From Geosiphon pyriformis uo1 (Eukaryota; Fungi; Glomeromycota): 64,000 bases of DNA. The translations under genes and the position numbers were made by a program. Below are positions 51,301-64,000 of this stretch, in pieces. The notes beneath the pieces are model-generated. The model was not told the origin of the DNA. It searched no databases and saw nothing but the letters and a program-made list of their open reading frames with translations. Location of the stretch: contig JAAOMT010000009.1 of the NCBI GenBank assembly GCA_016748015.1, forward strand, positions 576,459 to 640,458, read 5' to 3'. Each line of letters starts with the position of its first letter. Within the stretch, counting starts at the first letter, position 1.

Positions 51301-52530
51301 AATGATGAGTTTATCAAAAAGGAAATAACCCAAATGAAAAACCTTGGATTCATACAGGAAACCAAGAGTGAATGGGCATTTCCAATTGTAGTGGTATCTA
51401 AGAAAGAAAGAACCCTATGCTTTTGTGTTGACTATCGCCAATTAAATGCCATTACTGAAAGAGACATGTACCTACTTCCCAAGATTGATGCAATGCTAGA
51501 CCAATTCTATGGTGCCACTTTCTTCTCAACTATTGACTTAACTGCTGGATTCTGGCAAGTAGAGATGGATCCAGAAAGCAGAAAGAAAACTGCCTTCATC
51601 ACCAAATATGGCACCTATAAATTCACAGTCATGCTTTTTGGTCTCACCAATGCCTCTCCCACCTTTCAACACTTAATGGATAAAGTATTTGAATCAGTCA
51701 AGAAAAACTTTGTTCTAGTCTACTTGGATGACATAATAGTATACTCAAAAACCTGGGATGAACATCTTAAACATTTGCAAAAGGTTTTTGACCTCCTTAG
51801 AAATGCTGGCCTCAAGATCAATCCAATCAAATCATTCTTTGGATGTCAATCCACCCAGTTCCTTGGCCATCTTATTACAAAAGATGGAATCTTCCCTAAT
51901 CCAGCCAAAATTGAAAAAGTTCAAAACATTAGACAACTAATGAATGTTCATGAACTACACTCTTTTCTTGGTTTGGCCTCTTATTATTGCAAGTTTGTCA
52001 AGGATTTCTCCAAAATCGCCATTTCTCTCAATCAACTACTTAGAAAAAACATCAATTATCACTGGGGCACTCATTAACAAAAAACATTTGAAATTCTAAA
52101 GGAAAAACTGGTTACAGAACCCATCCTTATGCAACCTAATCTAGATCAACCTTTTATCCTCTATACTGATGCATCTGGCTATGGACTTGGTGCTGTTCAT
52201 TCCCAGAAAGACAAAGATGGCAGGAAACATGTCATAGCATATGCCAGTAGAACTCTCACACCAGCAGAAAGGAACTACTCAGTCACTGAGCAAGAATGCT
52301 TAGCAGTAGTTTGGGCTACCAGCTACTGGGACAAATATCTTAAGAGTGTGAAATTTTTGGTGGTAACAGATCACCAAGCTTTGGTTTGGCTATGCAACAA
52401 AAGAAACTTGGAACATAAATAGATAACTTGCTGGATACTTCACTTGGATGAATTCGACTATGACATTCAATACTGCAAAAGAGCTAATCATCAAAATGCT
52501 GATGCTCTCTTCAGACTTACCATCCAGTGA
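48325..52530 (+). pseudogene. E ORF1: Gag - protease - short Cys-rich segment - RT - RNase H
   Basis: CYHCGLTEHYSRDC, LILDSGSS, IIVGNKWL, YLDD, TDASG, EQE, TDH; stop TGA at 52528-52530. Confidence 0.9.
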
Positions 52531-52595
52531 TAGTAAAACCCTCTCAAACCAACCCAACTTAATTATTTGTAACTCCTCCACAAACAAACACGATA

Positions 52596-53909
52596 ATGGA
52601 CTTGGACAACTACTCTGCCTTAATAGAATTTTTGGGTAAAGAACAATACCCACCGGACTATACTCGACAGCAAAAAGAACATTTGTGCAAACAATCAAAT
52701 TTCTATTTGATTTGCCAGAACCAATTATATAAAAGAAATAGAAAAGATCCTAACTGCCTCCAGAGAGTCATTAGATTTGAAGAAAGAGAAATTGTGATCT
52801 ACAATATGCATACTGATCTATTAGCTGGACATTTTGGAAAAACAAAAATGATTCAGAAAACTTTAGCTTGCTATTATTGGCCTACCTTGGAAAAAGACAT
52901 TGCTGAATACATCAAAATCTGTGATACCTGTCAAAGAAAAGGAAAACCCAATTACAAGAAAGATATCCATCTGATCTCTGTTGGTCAACCATTTGACAGA
53001 ATTGGTATAGATGTTGTTGGACTTTTAACAGTAATTCCTGATGGCAACAGATACATTATCACAGCTATTAACTATCTTACAAAGTGAGTAGAAGCAAAAG
53101 CCACCTCAGATTAAACAGCAGTCTTAATTGCCAATTTCATTTATGAAGATATTATCTGTTGTCACGGCTGTCCCAAAGAACTTTTATCTGATAGAGGAAG
53201 AGCTTTTCTCAATACACTGGTTGAAGAACTTTGCAGAAAAATGGGAATACGTCATAAACTCTCTTCTCTTTATCACCTCCAAACAAATGGCCTAGTGAAA
53301 CATTTCAATAGAACACTATGTGAAACCCTAGCCAAAACCAGTGAAGAAACCAACCTATGGGACAAAGTATTGCCTTCAGCTTTGTTTGTCTACAGAACTG
53401 TAAATCATGACATAACAAGTTATGAACTCTTTTATCTGCTCTATGGATGAATGGCAACTCTACTAATAGAAATAAATATAGAAACAATATCTTTTGAAGA
53501 AATAACAATAGGAGATTACAAAGACATTTTGCAAAGAAAACTTGGTACCATTCTTGACTTATTGATAGAAGCACAGATAATTGCCTTTGAAAAGATAAAA
53601 CAATTCTAAGAGAAGCTTAAGAAAAAGAAAACATATAAAACACTTTCCTTAAGTGTTAGTGACTTAGTTTTAGAATACCGTTCAGACAGAGACAATGTCT
53701 ATGGTGATAAATTCTCTAGCCAGTGAAAAGGACCTTTTATAGTCAACAAAGTTTTGAACAATGGTTTTTATATCTTACAAGATTAATATGGAACAATCTT
53801 CAATGATCGCTCTGTTCATGGCACACGACTCAAGAAATATCACAAATGACTTAATTGGTTACCTGTTGTGGTAATACCGACCCAAATGATCAACAAAAAT
53901 CAGATATAA
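52596..53909 (+). pseudogene. E stand-alone integrase
   Basis: ATG 65 nt after the RNase H stop; HTDLLAGH...CDTC, SDRG, GPF, tail WLPVVVIP. Confidence 0.88.
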
Positions 53910-54606
53910 ATAAATGCACCATTCCCAAAACAAAGGTATCTTCAATCGACATAAACAATTATTTTCTAGATCAAAACATTCAAAATGCTTTCTACACTCT
54001 CCATGAGTACTGGATCAAAAATTATCCAAATGCTACTCTGACCATTGGAAAACAAACCACTATAACTGATAACAGTAGAACACATACTGTTATTAGACCA
54101 AAGAAAACCACTACCAGAAGAGAAAGAATTGGTAGCAAAATGGATAAGTATTTGCTGGAAAGCATAACAGCAGCAATACTTACACCTTCCATAACAATTG
54201 GAAAAATGATTAAGGAAATCTTGCCCATAGACAAAACTTGTCATATGGAAGGCAACTAGAACTCTATGGTTGTCTTGGTGAAATCATAGAAGAAATGAAG
54301 CTCATGAAAAAAACAACTTTAGAGATACAAGTGGAAATTTTGGGCATTATACGTTTAGATATCCCAAGAGTTTTGACCATTGCAAGAAGAGCCAAAACTC
54401 TTATACAAAGATTTGGTCTCTTGGATACAAAGCTTATTTCACCTCAAGTACTATATACTCTATCCACAAAAGACTTCAACAAACTAGTTAGTTTTGAGTT
54501 AGACAAAACTTTTCAATTAGAATATCCTATAAATAGCTTGATTTTGCCAGAGCTTAATCTCTTTGGAGAGGATGATGTTATGGTTGAAACCCATAATTTT
54601 TATTAG
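53855..54606 (+). pseudogene. E ORF3 (frameshifted), running into the 3' LTR
   Basis: ORFs 53855 and 54238; QNIQ motif near the start; ELNL across the pre-PPT motif as in B (ELSL). Confidence 0.6.
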
Positions 54607-55253
54607 TTATCACATGTATTAGTCACTGATGTCATATAATTAGCCACTCTATTTTTAGATAGTGATTATTGACCTGATCAATAACCTGATCATTGACCTA
54701 ATCATTGACCTAGTTGTTGACCTGATTATTGACCATTTTCAATAGCTATATAAGCAATGAGTCTCTTAGCTGTAGAAAATCATCTCTCAAACAAGAATCA
54801 AATAAATAAAAATAACAACTTTCATCTCAATCACTCTCTTATCGCTAATTTCCCTTTCCTTACCTTCAAGTATCCGAACATCTTAGGATAAAAGATTACT
54901 TGTTGGCCTTTTTCTGTTTGAATAATTGTAGTATTTGAAGACTATTTGTATAAACATGACTGAAAAGCACAAGTTGATACCTGATATTGAATTCTAAGAG
55001 TGCTGATGTGAGGCATAGAATTATATCAATGGTGATCAATTGTTGACAGTACGGACTATCCCTTTACCTTCAGATTTCCTTGTTACCTTTTGAAAAGAAT
55101 AATGACTGAAATATTTTATGAGACTGATCTCGCACATTGAATCCATACTCATTCAATTCGCTTATTGAAGTTGAATCCCCTTTGATTATTTCCATTACCC
55201 TACAATCCTGTTCTCTCTTGCTATCTATTAGCTTGTTACTTCAACCCGTAACA
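54576..55253 (+). repeat. 3' LTR of E (678 bp)
   Basis: TGTTA...GTAACA. Confidence 0.95.
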
Positions 55254-55257
55254 ATAA

Positions 55258-56049
55258 GATAACTGGAAATAATGTAGAAGAATATATCAATAACAGAAAT
55301 AACAAAAGCAATAGTTAGCAATAACAAAACAATCAGAAGCAATTTTGTAAAACCAAAAGAATATATAAAAACAAGTAGTTGTAGAAGAAAAAAAGAGGAA
55401 AATAGATATGAACCACTAGACAAGATACAAATATCTATCACCTCTCCTCATTTATTATATTTCTATATTTATCTTCTGAAATAAATTAATTATTAAAGAA
55501 ATCAGAATCATAAATTCATGTTCTCAAACTGTATAAAATTTACATGAATTAACCATTGTTTTGTACCTTTGTTTTAAGATAGATGCTCTTAGCATAACTG
55601 TCTTGAACTATTAACAATTTGGACCAATTGCTCTTGATCACAACAATTGATGATACTAATTTATTTTTTCTTTTTCTTTTCTTATATTTTCTTTCTTTTC
55701 TTTCTTTTCTTTTCTTCTTTTTTTATCTTCTTTTGTGGAGTGACAACATAGTAAAATTGACTGTCTGGAAATAGACTTCGTGATATTCTGGTAAAAAAGA
55801 GAAGCTCCTCCTAGGTTTTTGGATATTAATATTATCTTGATAGCTTACCAGAAGGGTGAAAAGACAATGCCAGACCCTAATAACTGCCTTATAACCAAAG
55901 AACTCAACGGGTAAATTCACATTCAGAAATAGATCTTCAGAGATTGATAATTGAGACTAAGCCAACAGAATTATGTGAAAGACATATCACCAATAATTGA
56001 GAGCACCAAACATTACCATTTCCATTACCCACCAAATTTATCTGTAACA
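55258..56049 (+). repeat. 3' LTR of D, part 2
   Basis: Matches 41091-41953 minus 71 bp. Confidence 0.93.
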
Positions 56050-56053
56050 ACAG

Positions 56054-57076
56054 TTTATTGTCATATTATTTTTTTTGTTAAGCTTAAAAATATTCTATAT
56101 AAATAGCTGTAATTTGTTATTTTTTTTTAATATACTAAAAAGTATATAGGTTTTTTTTATAATGTTTTTTGAAAATTGTTCTTCATAATTAGTTGAACTA
56201 AATAAGATTTTACTATGAAATTAATTTATAATATTGCTGTTTTATTATAAATTAAATTAAATGATATATGTTTTATTATATTTTGTTTTAGTGTTTTATA
56301 TTTTAATAATATTAATAAAATAAAAAAATCCTATTTTTGTTTAAAATTGGTTAAAATTTTGGTTAATAATTCACAAAGTGTTTTGTTAAAATGTTTTATA
56401 AGTCTATTTATTTATAGATAATAGAACAAAAATAAAAATTTTTGATATTAAATTATTTACAAATTTTTTGTATTAAATTATTCACAAAATGTGTTTTTTA
56501 ATTAGATAAAAGTTTAATTAAGCATTTATGTTTTTATATATGAAATTTACAACTGATTTTGTATTTATTTATTAAATTGCTTTTGTTTTTGGCTATTTTA
56601 TTAGATAATTTACTATAACTATAATATATTGGTTTTTTTGAGTTGTAATAAATAGTAGTTTAATTAAATTAATATTAACTTAATCAAAAGATTGTTCAAC
56701 TTTAATTAGATTTAAGAGTTTTATAAAATATGTTCTTTTTATAGTATATAATATATTTATAATTTGTGAGAAATTTATTCCAATAAGTTTGTTTGGTATT
56801 TAATTTAAAGCTTTTGTTTGTAACTATTTAAGTCAAATATTAATAATAATAATATCAAATTTTTTGAATTTAAGTAGAGATTAAAGTAATATAATATTCA
56901 AATTACTGTTGCTGTTTCTAATTTAATGGCAAAATAATTTTTTTTTGCTGGTTTTAAAGTTTTGCTGACATAAGCAATTACTTACTTATTGTTATTGTTA
57001 TCTTAAAATAACATTAAAAACTGTATATAAAGCATCTATAATCAGTTAAAATTTTTTGTTAAAATTAAAATAAGCT
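56054..57076 (-). pseudogene. Element O integrase/RNase H remnant
   Basis: Reverse complement gives VIAYVSKTLKPAKKNY..KLETA.VI, collinear with A/B. Confidence 0.8.
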
Positions 57077-60000
57077 TAGAAAAACTTGCTCAATTGGCCA
57101 CAATTCAGATTTATATGTGTGTAACAGATGTATTATAATTTGTTTTGCGAATAAAACATCAAAAAAAGCTGCTATTGGTTTTATTTCTGTTTTTAAAAAT
57201 GTAAATTTGCATTGGACTGGTTTTTTTTTAATCTGTTGTGCTTAATACAAACAATTTGGTTATATTTTTGGAGTGTGTTTAATAAATAGAAATTCAGATA
57301 GTTACAGTAAACAGATAGTCAATTCTCAAGATCAAATTTGTTTAGTAAATATATATAAAAAAAAACAGATGCCAATTGTTTATCCAGTTTTATTTGATAA
57401 AAAAACTTGGGTGCAAATTGCTAATAATTTTATTTTTTGTGTAATGTTTTTGGTTTTTTTTGGTGCTAGTTTATCTTCAGATGTTAAACTCTTTTTGCTA
57501 GTTTTTTTGGAAATGAATAATAGGTTTGCTGCTCTTGAGTACAGTCTTACTAGTTTTATAGAATAAATTAACAAACTAGCTAAGAGATTAAATGTATTTG
57601 GGCCAATAATTTCTTAGCCTAACTCTAAATGCCAGCTATTGGTAATCTTTTTATCACAAAATTAAGAGACAAATATAGTAATAAATGAGAGTTTAGGTGC
57701 AACCATTAATAATAAGACTGTAACAAAAACAAAGTTTTTTGATTTATTAATTATTAAAAGATTTGAAGATAAAATAAACAATTTATTGATTATAATTATG
57801 AGTTTGTTGGCCAAAGTAAATAATAAAAACTTGAGTTTAAATATTTTTTTTTAACAATGACTAATTTGATTTGAAAAATTGCTATATGTATTAATATTTT
57901 TGCTAAGCAAGAAAATATTATTTGTTAATTTAAATAATATGATTTCTATTATTACTAACACTAAATTAAGGTTTAATATTAGGCTTTAGATTGTAAATAA
58001 GTTTAAAAGGGTACAGATTTTTATGTCTGGTTTGGACAAAGATTTTTTAGTACTAGGGTAACTATAATTATGAACAATTCTTTGACTTATGTCTTAAAAG
58101 TTGATAAAATTTTAGACAAAATTATTTTAATTCATCTCTTATTTAAAAATAAACTTTTAATAATAATCTTAAAGTAGTGCTTCTGCTAAAATTAGATTTA
58201 AGCAAGTATTAAAAATTAATTTTTTTATTGCCAAAGCAGTTAACTTTAATACTTTTGTGGTTTTAAGTAAAAATTTCAATAAAAATAGATCCAAAAAAAG
58301 TGCAAGTTTTAAGTTTTGTTTGGATTTAAGTTTAATTAATATATTTAATAAACTTTATTAGTTAAAGTTTTTACTTAAGACAATTTTAGAAGTGTTAAAA
58401 AAGTATTAAATTTTATATTTATAAATAGAACTTGGTATTTGTAATTACAAGTTATAAGGCTAATAGTATGTTAGAATTTTTTGATATAGACCATAAGACA
58501 GTTTTAGTTTCAATTAGTTTGTGTAGTTTTCTGAATATTCATCTTAATAGCATTTATAAGTAAGCTAATAAAAATGATGGAAGTTTAAAATAAAAGATGC
58601 TAATAAAATCAAGTTAGTGCAATTTAAAAAGTGTTTTTTTGCTAAGTTGTTGGTAATATTAAATGGTGTTATTTATAGAAAAAAGCATAAAAGAAATAGT
58701 ATTGAGCATATAAGCATATTGCTAGTAAATTATGGCTTATTGCTTAGCAATATAAGCATTGTTCAAGAAATTATAGCACATTGTTTATAAATGTGTGAGA
58801 TTTCATAGAATATCAATTATGTATATATAGTGAAAGTATTAGAAACAGAAAAGACAGAATTCATAGCTAAAACACACAGTTAGAATTTCCAATTAAGAAA
58901 ACAATTAGTAGCAGTTTGAAATTCTCATCACATATCAATAAATTATCAATTACTACTTAAATTTATGTTATCATTATTTGATTAAAAAAAATATTAATTA
59001 TTCCTACTTTATTAACACTCTAGGTTGATAGAATTTAACACTTAATTATATTGGAACAATAGTTTTTGATCATAATTATTAACAGAATACTAATTTCTTT
59101 TTTTTATTTCTTTTTATTTTGTTGTATTGTTTACTAATTGATTAAATAATTAAAATTTGTGGAATTATTAACATCAAAAGGATTGGTAAAAAACTCAGAA
59201 ATAAGGATAGACATTCAGAAATTGAGGATAGCTTACCAAGAGATTACCAGTCACCAAGCTAAAAATAAAATTTGATGGAATTGTGATTCTGAAAGACTAC
59301 TGACAAAACACTATTGAATCTCTGTCTATTATACAAAACTCAACCAAAACCTTCAGATTACTAAAGTCTTTAGATATTATCAATTATACAAATTATTAAG
59401 CACCAAGTTACAGATTTGTTATTTGTTTCTAGTCCCAAATATTTACTTGTAACAATAGGTTTGAGAAAATAAAAAATTGCAGTAATTTGGATACAATATA
59501 GAAAGTTTTAAAAAAAGTTATGATACAATCTGCTAATTTGGTGTTCTTTAAACATTGATATAGTAAATATAATTTCTTAAAAAACAAGCAATTATCAAGA
59601 TTTTTTAAATTAGAGCTGCATGTTATTAAAATCGTAAAAAAATGGAATTTTGAAGATCTGTTGGAGTTTGAATATCTTATCAAAATTTGGTTAATTGTTG
59701 ATAGTATTAAGATATTTAAGATTGCCAATATAATTTAAGATAATACAAGATCAATAAACATAATTAAATATTTGTTAATAATTAGAAAAAAGTATTAGAA
59801 ATCTAAGTATTATGAATTAAAAACATCTGAAAATATAGTTATTAGAAAAACAATTAAATAACATATAAAAAATTTCTGCTCTAACAAAAAACAAATAATA
59901 AAAAGTATTTTAAAACAGTTTTTTGCAAAGTTGTTTTAAATCATCTGGTAATTGAGAATAAATTAATAGTGGAGTCTAATAAAGTAAAACTTAAAGTTAA

Positions 60001-62356
60001 TAAAATTATGGAAGAGTAAATAAGAAAACAATCAGTGTTTTCAAAAATGCCTGAACTTTGGTCTTACTAATATATATATTTGGAATACATAAATAATAGT
60101 ATTTTTTTTGGTGTAATAAAAAAGATTAATATGGAAAAGTTAGCTTTGGTTGTTAATGGTTTGCCAAATAACAAGACTGCTGAGTTGTTAGAAATTTTAA
60201 ATAAACTGTAAAAACATTGTAATAATAAAATGCTAAAATGTTTTTTAAGATTGTTAAATTTGTGTTTGACTTTAGATATAGTTCTGGCTTTTTGAAAGAA
60301 AACATAGATTTTAATAATTTTTAAACTTTATGAATAAAATAGCATTCTAACAAATACTCAGCTTATTGCATTAATTAAAACAACTAAGAAAATTTTATCT
60401 AAGATTCTTTCTGATTAAAAATTTTTAGTATATAGTAAATTTGATATTTTTTGTGCTGATAACTTTTTGGTATTGAAGAGTATTTTAACTCAGTTTTCTA
60501 TTTTTGTCATTGAGTTAGTTGTTAAAGATGCATTAAAAAAAAATAAAAAGTTTTAGTTGGTCTTATAGAATATGTGCAAAGCTTATAATTCAATAAGATA
60601 GTATCATCTAAGAACTAGTTTGCAATACATTAAGATGTGCAATTAGTTTATAGAGCTTTTTGGCAATATACATAAGAATTAAATCAATAAAGTAATGACC
60701 AATTTTGGACTTTTAAATAATTACAAAGTACATGATAAATTGGATTAAAAGAAGGTTTTTTTCTGTTTTTTTAGAGAATTTTTTATAATCTACTTTTGTG
60801 TGAAGTCAAAAGGCATAAGCATTTATATAAATACCAAATTGATACTAAGTTTGTGACCAAAATTGACAGAATTAAAGCTGTTAAAAAAAAACTTTATTTT
60901 CTGCTGTTGGTGTTTTTGTTGATAATACAATTTAGATCAAATATAATCAGACTTTTACATAATACATTTTAAATATTGTTAATGAATTTTTTGATATCAA
61001 TAATATTTCGATTAATAATAAAAAAATGGTGGCTATTTTTATTAATTAGAGTATTAAAACTGTCTTATTAATGATCAGTGGTTTGTTAATTTCAATTGCT
61101 AAGAGAGATAAATTGCATAGATACTTGGAAATTTTTTTGTTAACTAAGAGTCTTTCTAAGTTTAGTGTGACTTAAGCTTATATTAATATCAGATTTTTTT
61201 TAATGTGGTACTAAGAAAAATAATTATGAATAAACAGTTCTTTTATTTAGTATCAGTTAATTTGTAGTTTATTATTAACTATTAGTCACAATTTAGTTTT
61301 GTCTTATTAAGTATATATTATAAGTAAGATATAATAATCAGAAGAAATTTTAAGACCAAGACTGATTTATTATAAAACTTTTCTAATAAGGCTTTGCATT
61401 ATTTATTTTTATATAATTTAAAGTTCTTTAAGCAAGTACAATTTGAAAAAAAGATAATATTATTGGTTATATTTTCTAATGTATTGAACATTCTTGGATT
61501 TATAAGTTCTAAGATGATTTTTTTCAAACTCTTTGCAGTTTTTTGTCAAGTTGTATGTTAGTTTAATAAACAATTTTTTGGCTAAGGTGGTAAAATTTTT
61601 TTTGAACAATAAGTTATCTTTGGTAAACAATCTATTTAGTGTATTTTGTAGTCCTAATAAGTTTCTAATATCAAATATTTTGGGTAAATTTTTGTATTAT
61701 AGCTTTGTTCTTTCTTTAAAATAGTTTAAAGTTGCATTTGATAACAGATTTTTGGATAAAAAAAAGAATATAATAAACTGAAAAACATTTTGTCAATAAA
61801 AAAAATTGGATTTAAAAGGTTTTGTATCTTATTGGTTTAAATTGACATCCGAAATTTTGAATAATAAAAGCTCTTTGGTAATTAATTTTACAAATACTAA
61901 TAGATTATTTGGATTAAATGTTTTAAAATTCAAAACATTCTCTGATATATAAAAAAGCTTGCTCAAAATTTGGTCTAGTTTTATTGAAATTTACACAGAT
62001 GGTTTTTTAAAATATGCTGGTTCTGCCAAAATTACTAATAAGACAGCTGCTTACTTTCTAGCTGTGAATACAAATATTAGTGTTAAAATGTATAGGCTTC
62101 TGTTTTTTATAATGGCCAAATTACAGACTGATATGCTGTTTTTGGAATGTATTTCATCTTTTTTTACAGTAATCTTGTATCTGGATAGCCAATCTGCTAT
62201 TAATATATGTATTTCTGAGATTGTGTTTGTTACACCAGATTTTCATAATTAGTATTGAATGAAAAAGAAGCATATTACTAATCTAATTAAAAATAAGATT
62301 TTTTTGTTAAATAAGTGAAAATTAAAGATTATTTAAGTATTCTAAATAATATTAAG
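57077..62356 (+). mobile_element. Degenerate LINE2 (ORF1 3' part; ORF2 from ATG 57857: endonuclease-RT-RNase H), related to LINE1
   Basis: KTC.IGHN...AAIG (ORF1); MTNLI(W)KIA; LIALIKT..KILSKILSD; GVFVDN; YTDG; YLDSQSA. Confidence 0.85.
58667..59454 (+). mobile_element. Solo LTR (788 bp) of a further family, inserted in LINE2
   Basis: TGTTAT...GTAACA termini; TSD ATGG/ATAG; removal restores the LINE frame (LNG|FEK); ~20-bp U3 repeats. Confidence 0.8.
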
Positions 62357-64000
62357 ACTAAAGTTTTGATGTTTAGTCTAATTTAGTTTAAGTTTAATTA
62401 AACCACTGAATTAAACCAAACTTGAACAGAAAATTTGGCAAAATTTTGAACTTAAACTTAAACCAAACTTAAAATTACTGAGCTTAAACTGAATTCAAAC
62501 ACATGTAACAAATTTGGTTTAAGTTTGGTTTAAAGTTCATAAATATATTTAAATTCGATTATTAAAAACATTATATTATATTATATTATTATTTAATTTT
62601 TTTTTAATAATCTTTGTATCTATAATCAAAAACACTATATTGCTTTTATAGTTTAAGATACTAAGCAAAATTTCATATTTGTAATCATATTCTTACTTAT
62701 AGAAAAAATATGTTTAAAAACAATAAATAATTTTTAAATTGCCAAATAATTATAAGCTATATATGCAAGACAAAAAAATTGTGTTTGATGTGTTTAAATA
62801 TTAAATTATTAATAAAATGTTAATTTAAATAAATATTTTTGTAATATATTTTTTACCATGTTATTACATCTATTTTTTTATTGGCTATTTTTTAGAGATA
62901 TAACAATCAATTTTGTTAAGTTTTTCTTTTTTATTATTATTAAAGTTTGTCTTTAATATAAATTATATGACTAATATTATAGTATCATTAAAATTGCTAT
63001 TCAACAAAAAACTATCATTTAAATTGATATAATATTTAATATATACTTTATTTCAAAAAAAGTACACATTTTAAAGATTTATTTATTGTGTATAAGTTAG
63101 AAAATAAAACTATTTAAATAAATTAATAATTTACAATTCTTTTGTTTTATTAATATTATTATCTAAAAATTTTTTTTTGTGAAATAATAAAATTTTTTTT
63201 TGAATCTAATGTAGTGCAAAACATTATAATTGTATTTGTTTTAGAGTAATATTTAATTAACTTTCTTTTTGCTGTCTTAGCTACTATAATAAATAATAAA
63301 TCTAATATTAAATATGTTAAATAAATAAATAAATACAATTAAAATTATAATGTTTTACCAGATTTATTGTTATTAACTGTGTTTTCAATGTAATTAAAAA
63401 TGATATTAAAAAGAAAAATAATTGAAAAAGCAGTATTATTTAAACTGGCTAATATTTTGACCTAATATTCTTAAATGATTCAAAAAATTTAACAATTTTA
63501 TTAAAAACAGTTCACTAATTATATGAAATAACATATTGATAAAAATCAATATAAATGCTAATAAGAGTGTTTAATGTCTATAAATTTACAGTTAGAATTT
63601 TTGTATTCAAAATATATGAAATCAGAAATAAATAACTTGCCAATTTAAGAGATAACCTATTTTTGATTATATTATAAGTAGAATTCTATCAGATAGAACA
63701 ATCCAAAATGAGTTTATAGTATTTAATTTAACATGTATTACAGATATATTTAAAAAGCTCAAAATGTTAAGATAAAGTATGAATTGCAAAGTTAAGTTCC
63801 CTAATCTTTAATTTATACAAAGTTTACATTAAGAAAATTTTAGATAAATATATTTAATTTGGGTTTTTAACAAATATCTTAAAAACATTATTCTTTATTT
63901 TATTTAAAACCACCTGTACTGCTAAGTTTAGAATATAATCAAAGCATCAAAATTGAAGATCTTTTAAGTTCTATTAAATGTTTTTTTTAATTTTTTTACT
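62357..64000 (-). mobile_element. Degenerate hAT DNA transposon (3' end with subterminal repeats at ~62360-62540; transposase remnant)
   Basis: Minus strand ~62820-62640 reads THQTQFFCLAYIAYNYLAI*...HIFSISKNMIT, a decayed hAT dimerisation motif (FPxLxxxAxDYLAI..S..SER.FS); AT-drifted AACC(G)AAC-type repeats. Confidence 0.6.

Larger units (their letters stand above)
47631..55253 (+). mobile_element. Ty3/Gypsy element E (7623 bp, no dUTPase) inserted in the 3' LTR of D
   Basis: LTRs 47631-48272 and 54576-55253; TSD ATAG/ATAA; PBS 48279-48295; PPT GGAGAGGATGA. Confidence 0.95.
40855..56049 (+). mobile_element. Ty3/Gypsy element D (dUTPase-bearing, capsid/protease deleted); 3' LTR split by E
   Basis: LTRs 40855-41953 and 47395-47630 + 55258-56049; TSD CCAG/ACAG; PBS; PPT AAAAAGAGAGAGATAA. 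Confidence 0.93.

Overview
AT-rich eukaryotic transposon graveyard with no host gene detected. The repeat-protein style suggests a Glomeromycotina/Mucoromycota-type fungus, but that is my inference only. The window is a multi-layer nest. (1) An old + strand LINE (1-390, 17110-19280) is split by a full-length - strand LINE (ORF1 + EN-RT-RNaseH, ~391-17105), which is itself split by Ty3/Gypsy element A (6730-16596). (2) An old, heavily AT-drifted - strand copy of the A family (element O) is split by Gypsy B (20698-40441, hosting Gypsy C at 25032-34905, which is scrambled by 7 N gaps) and by Gypsy D (40855-56049, whose 3' LTR hosts Gypsy E at 47631-55253). (3) A degenerate + strand LINE (57077-62356) carries a solo LTR, followed by a degenerate hAT transposon. 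All five near-complete Gypsy elements (four unrelated LTR types) share an unusual three-ORF plan. ORF1 is Gag-PR-Cys-rich-(dUTPase, absent in E)-RT-RNaseH and ends in a stop. Integrase is a separate ATG-initiated ORF ending in a conserved P-x-V/I-x-I motif instead of a chromodomain. A third, non-env ORF runs through the PPT into the 3' LTR. Three families appear to start gag at a conserved AAAGTGGCGAC (GUG), and all 4-bp TSDs are centred on CG or its decay products.
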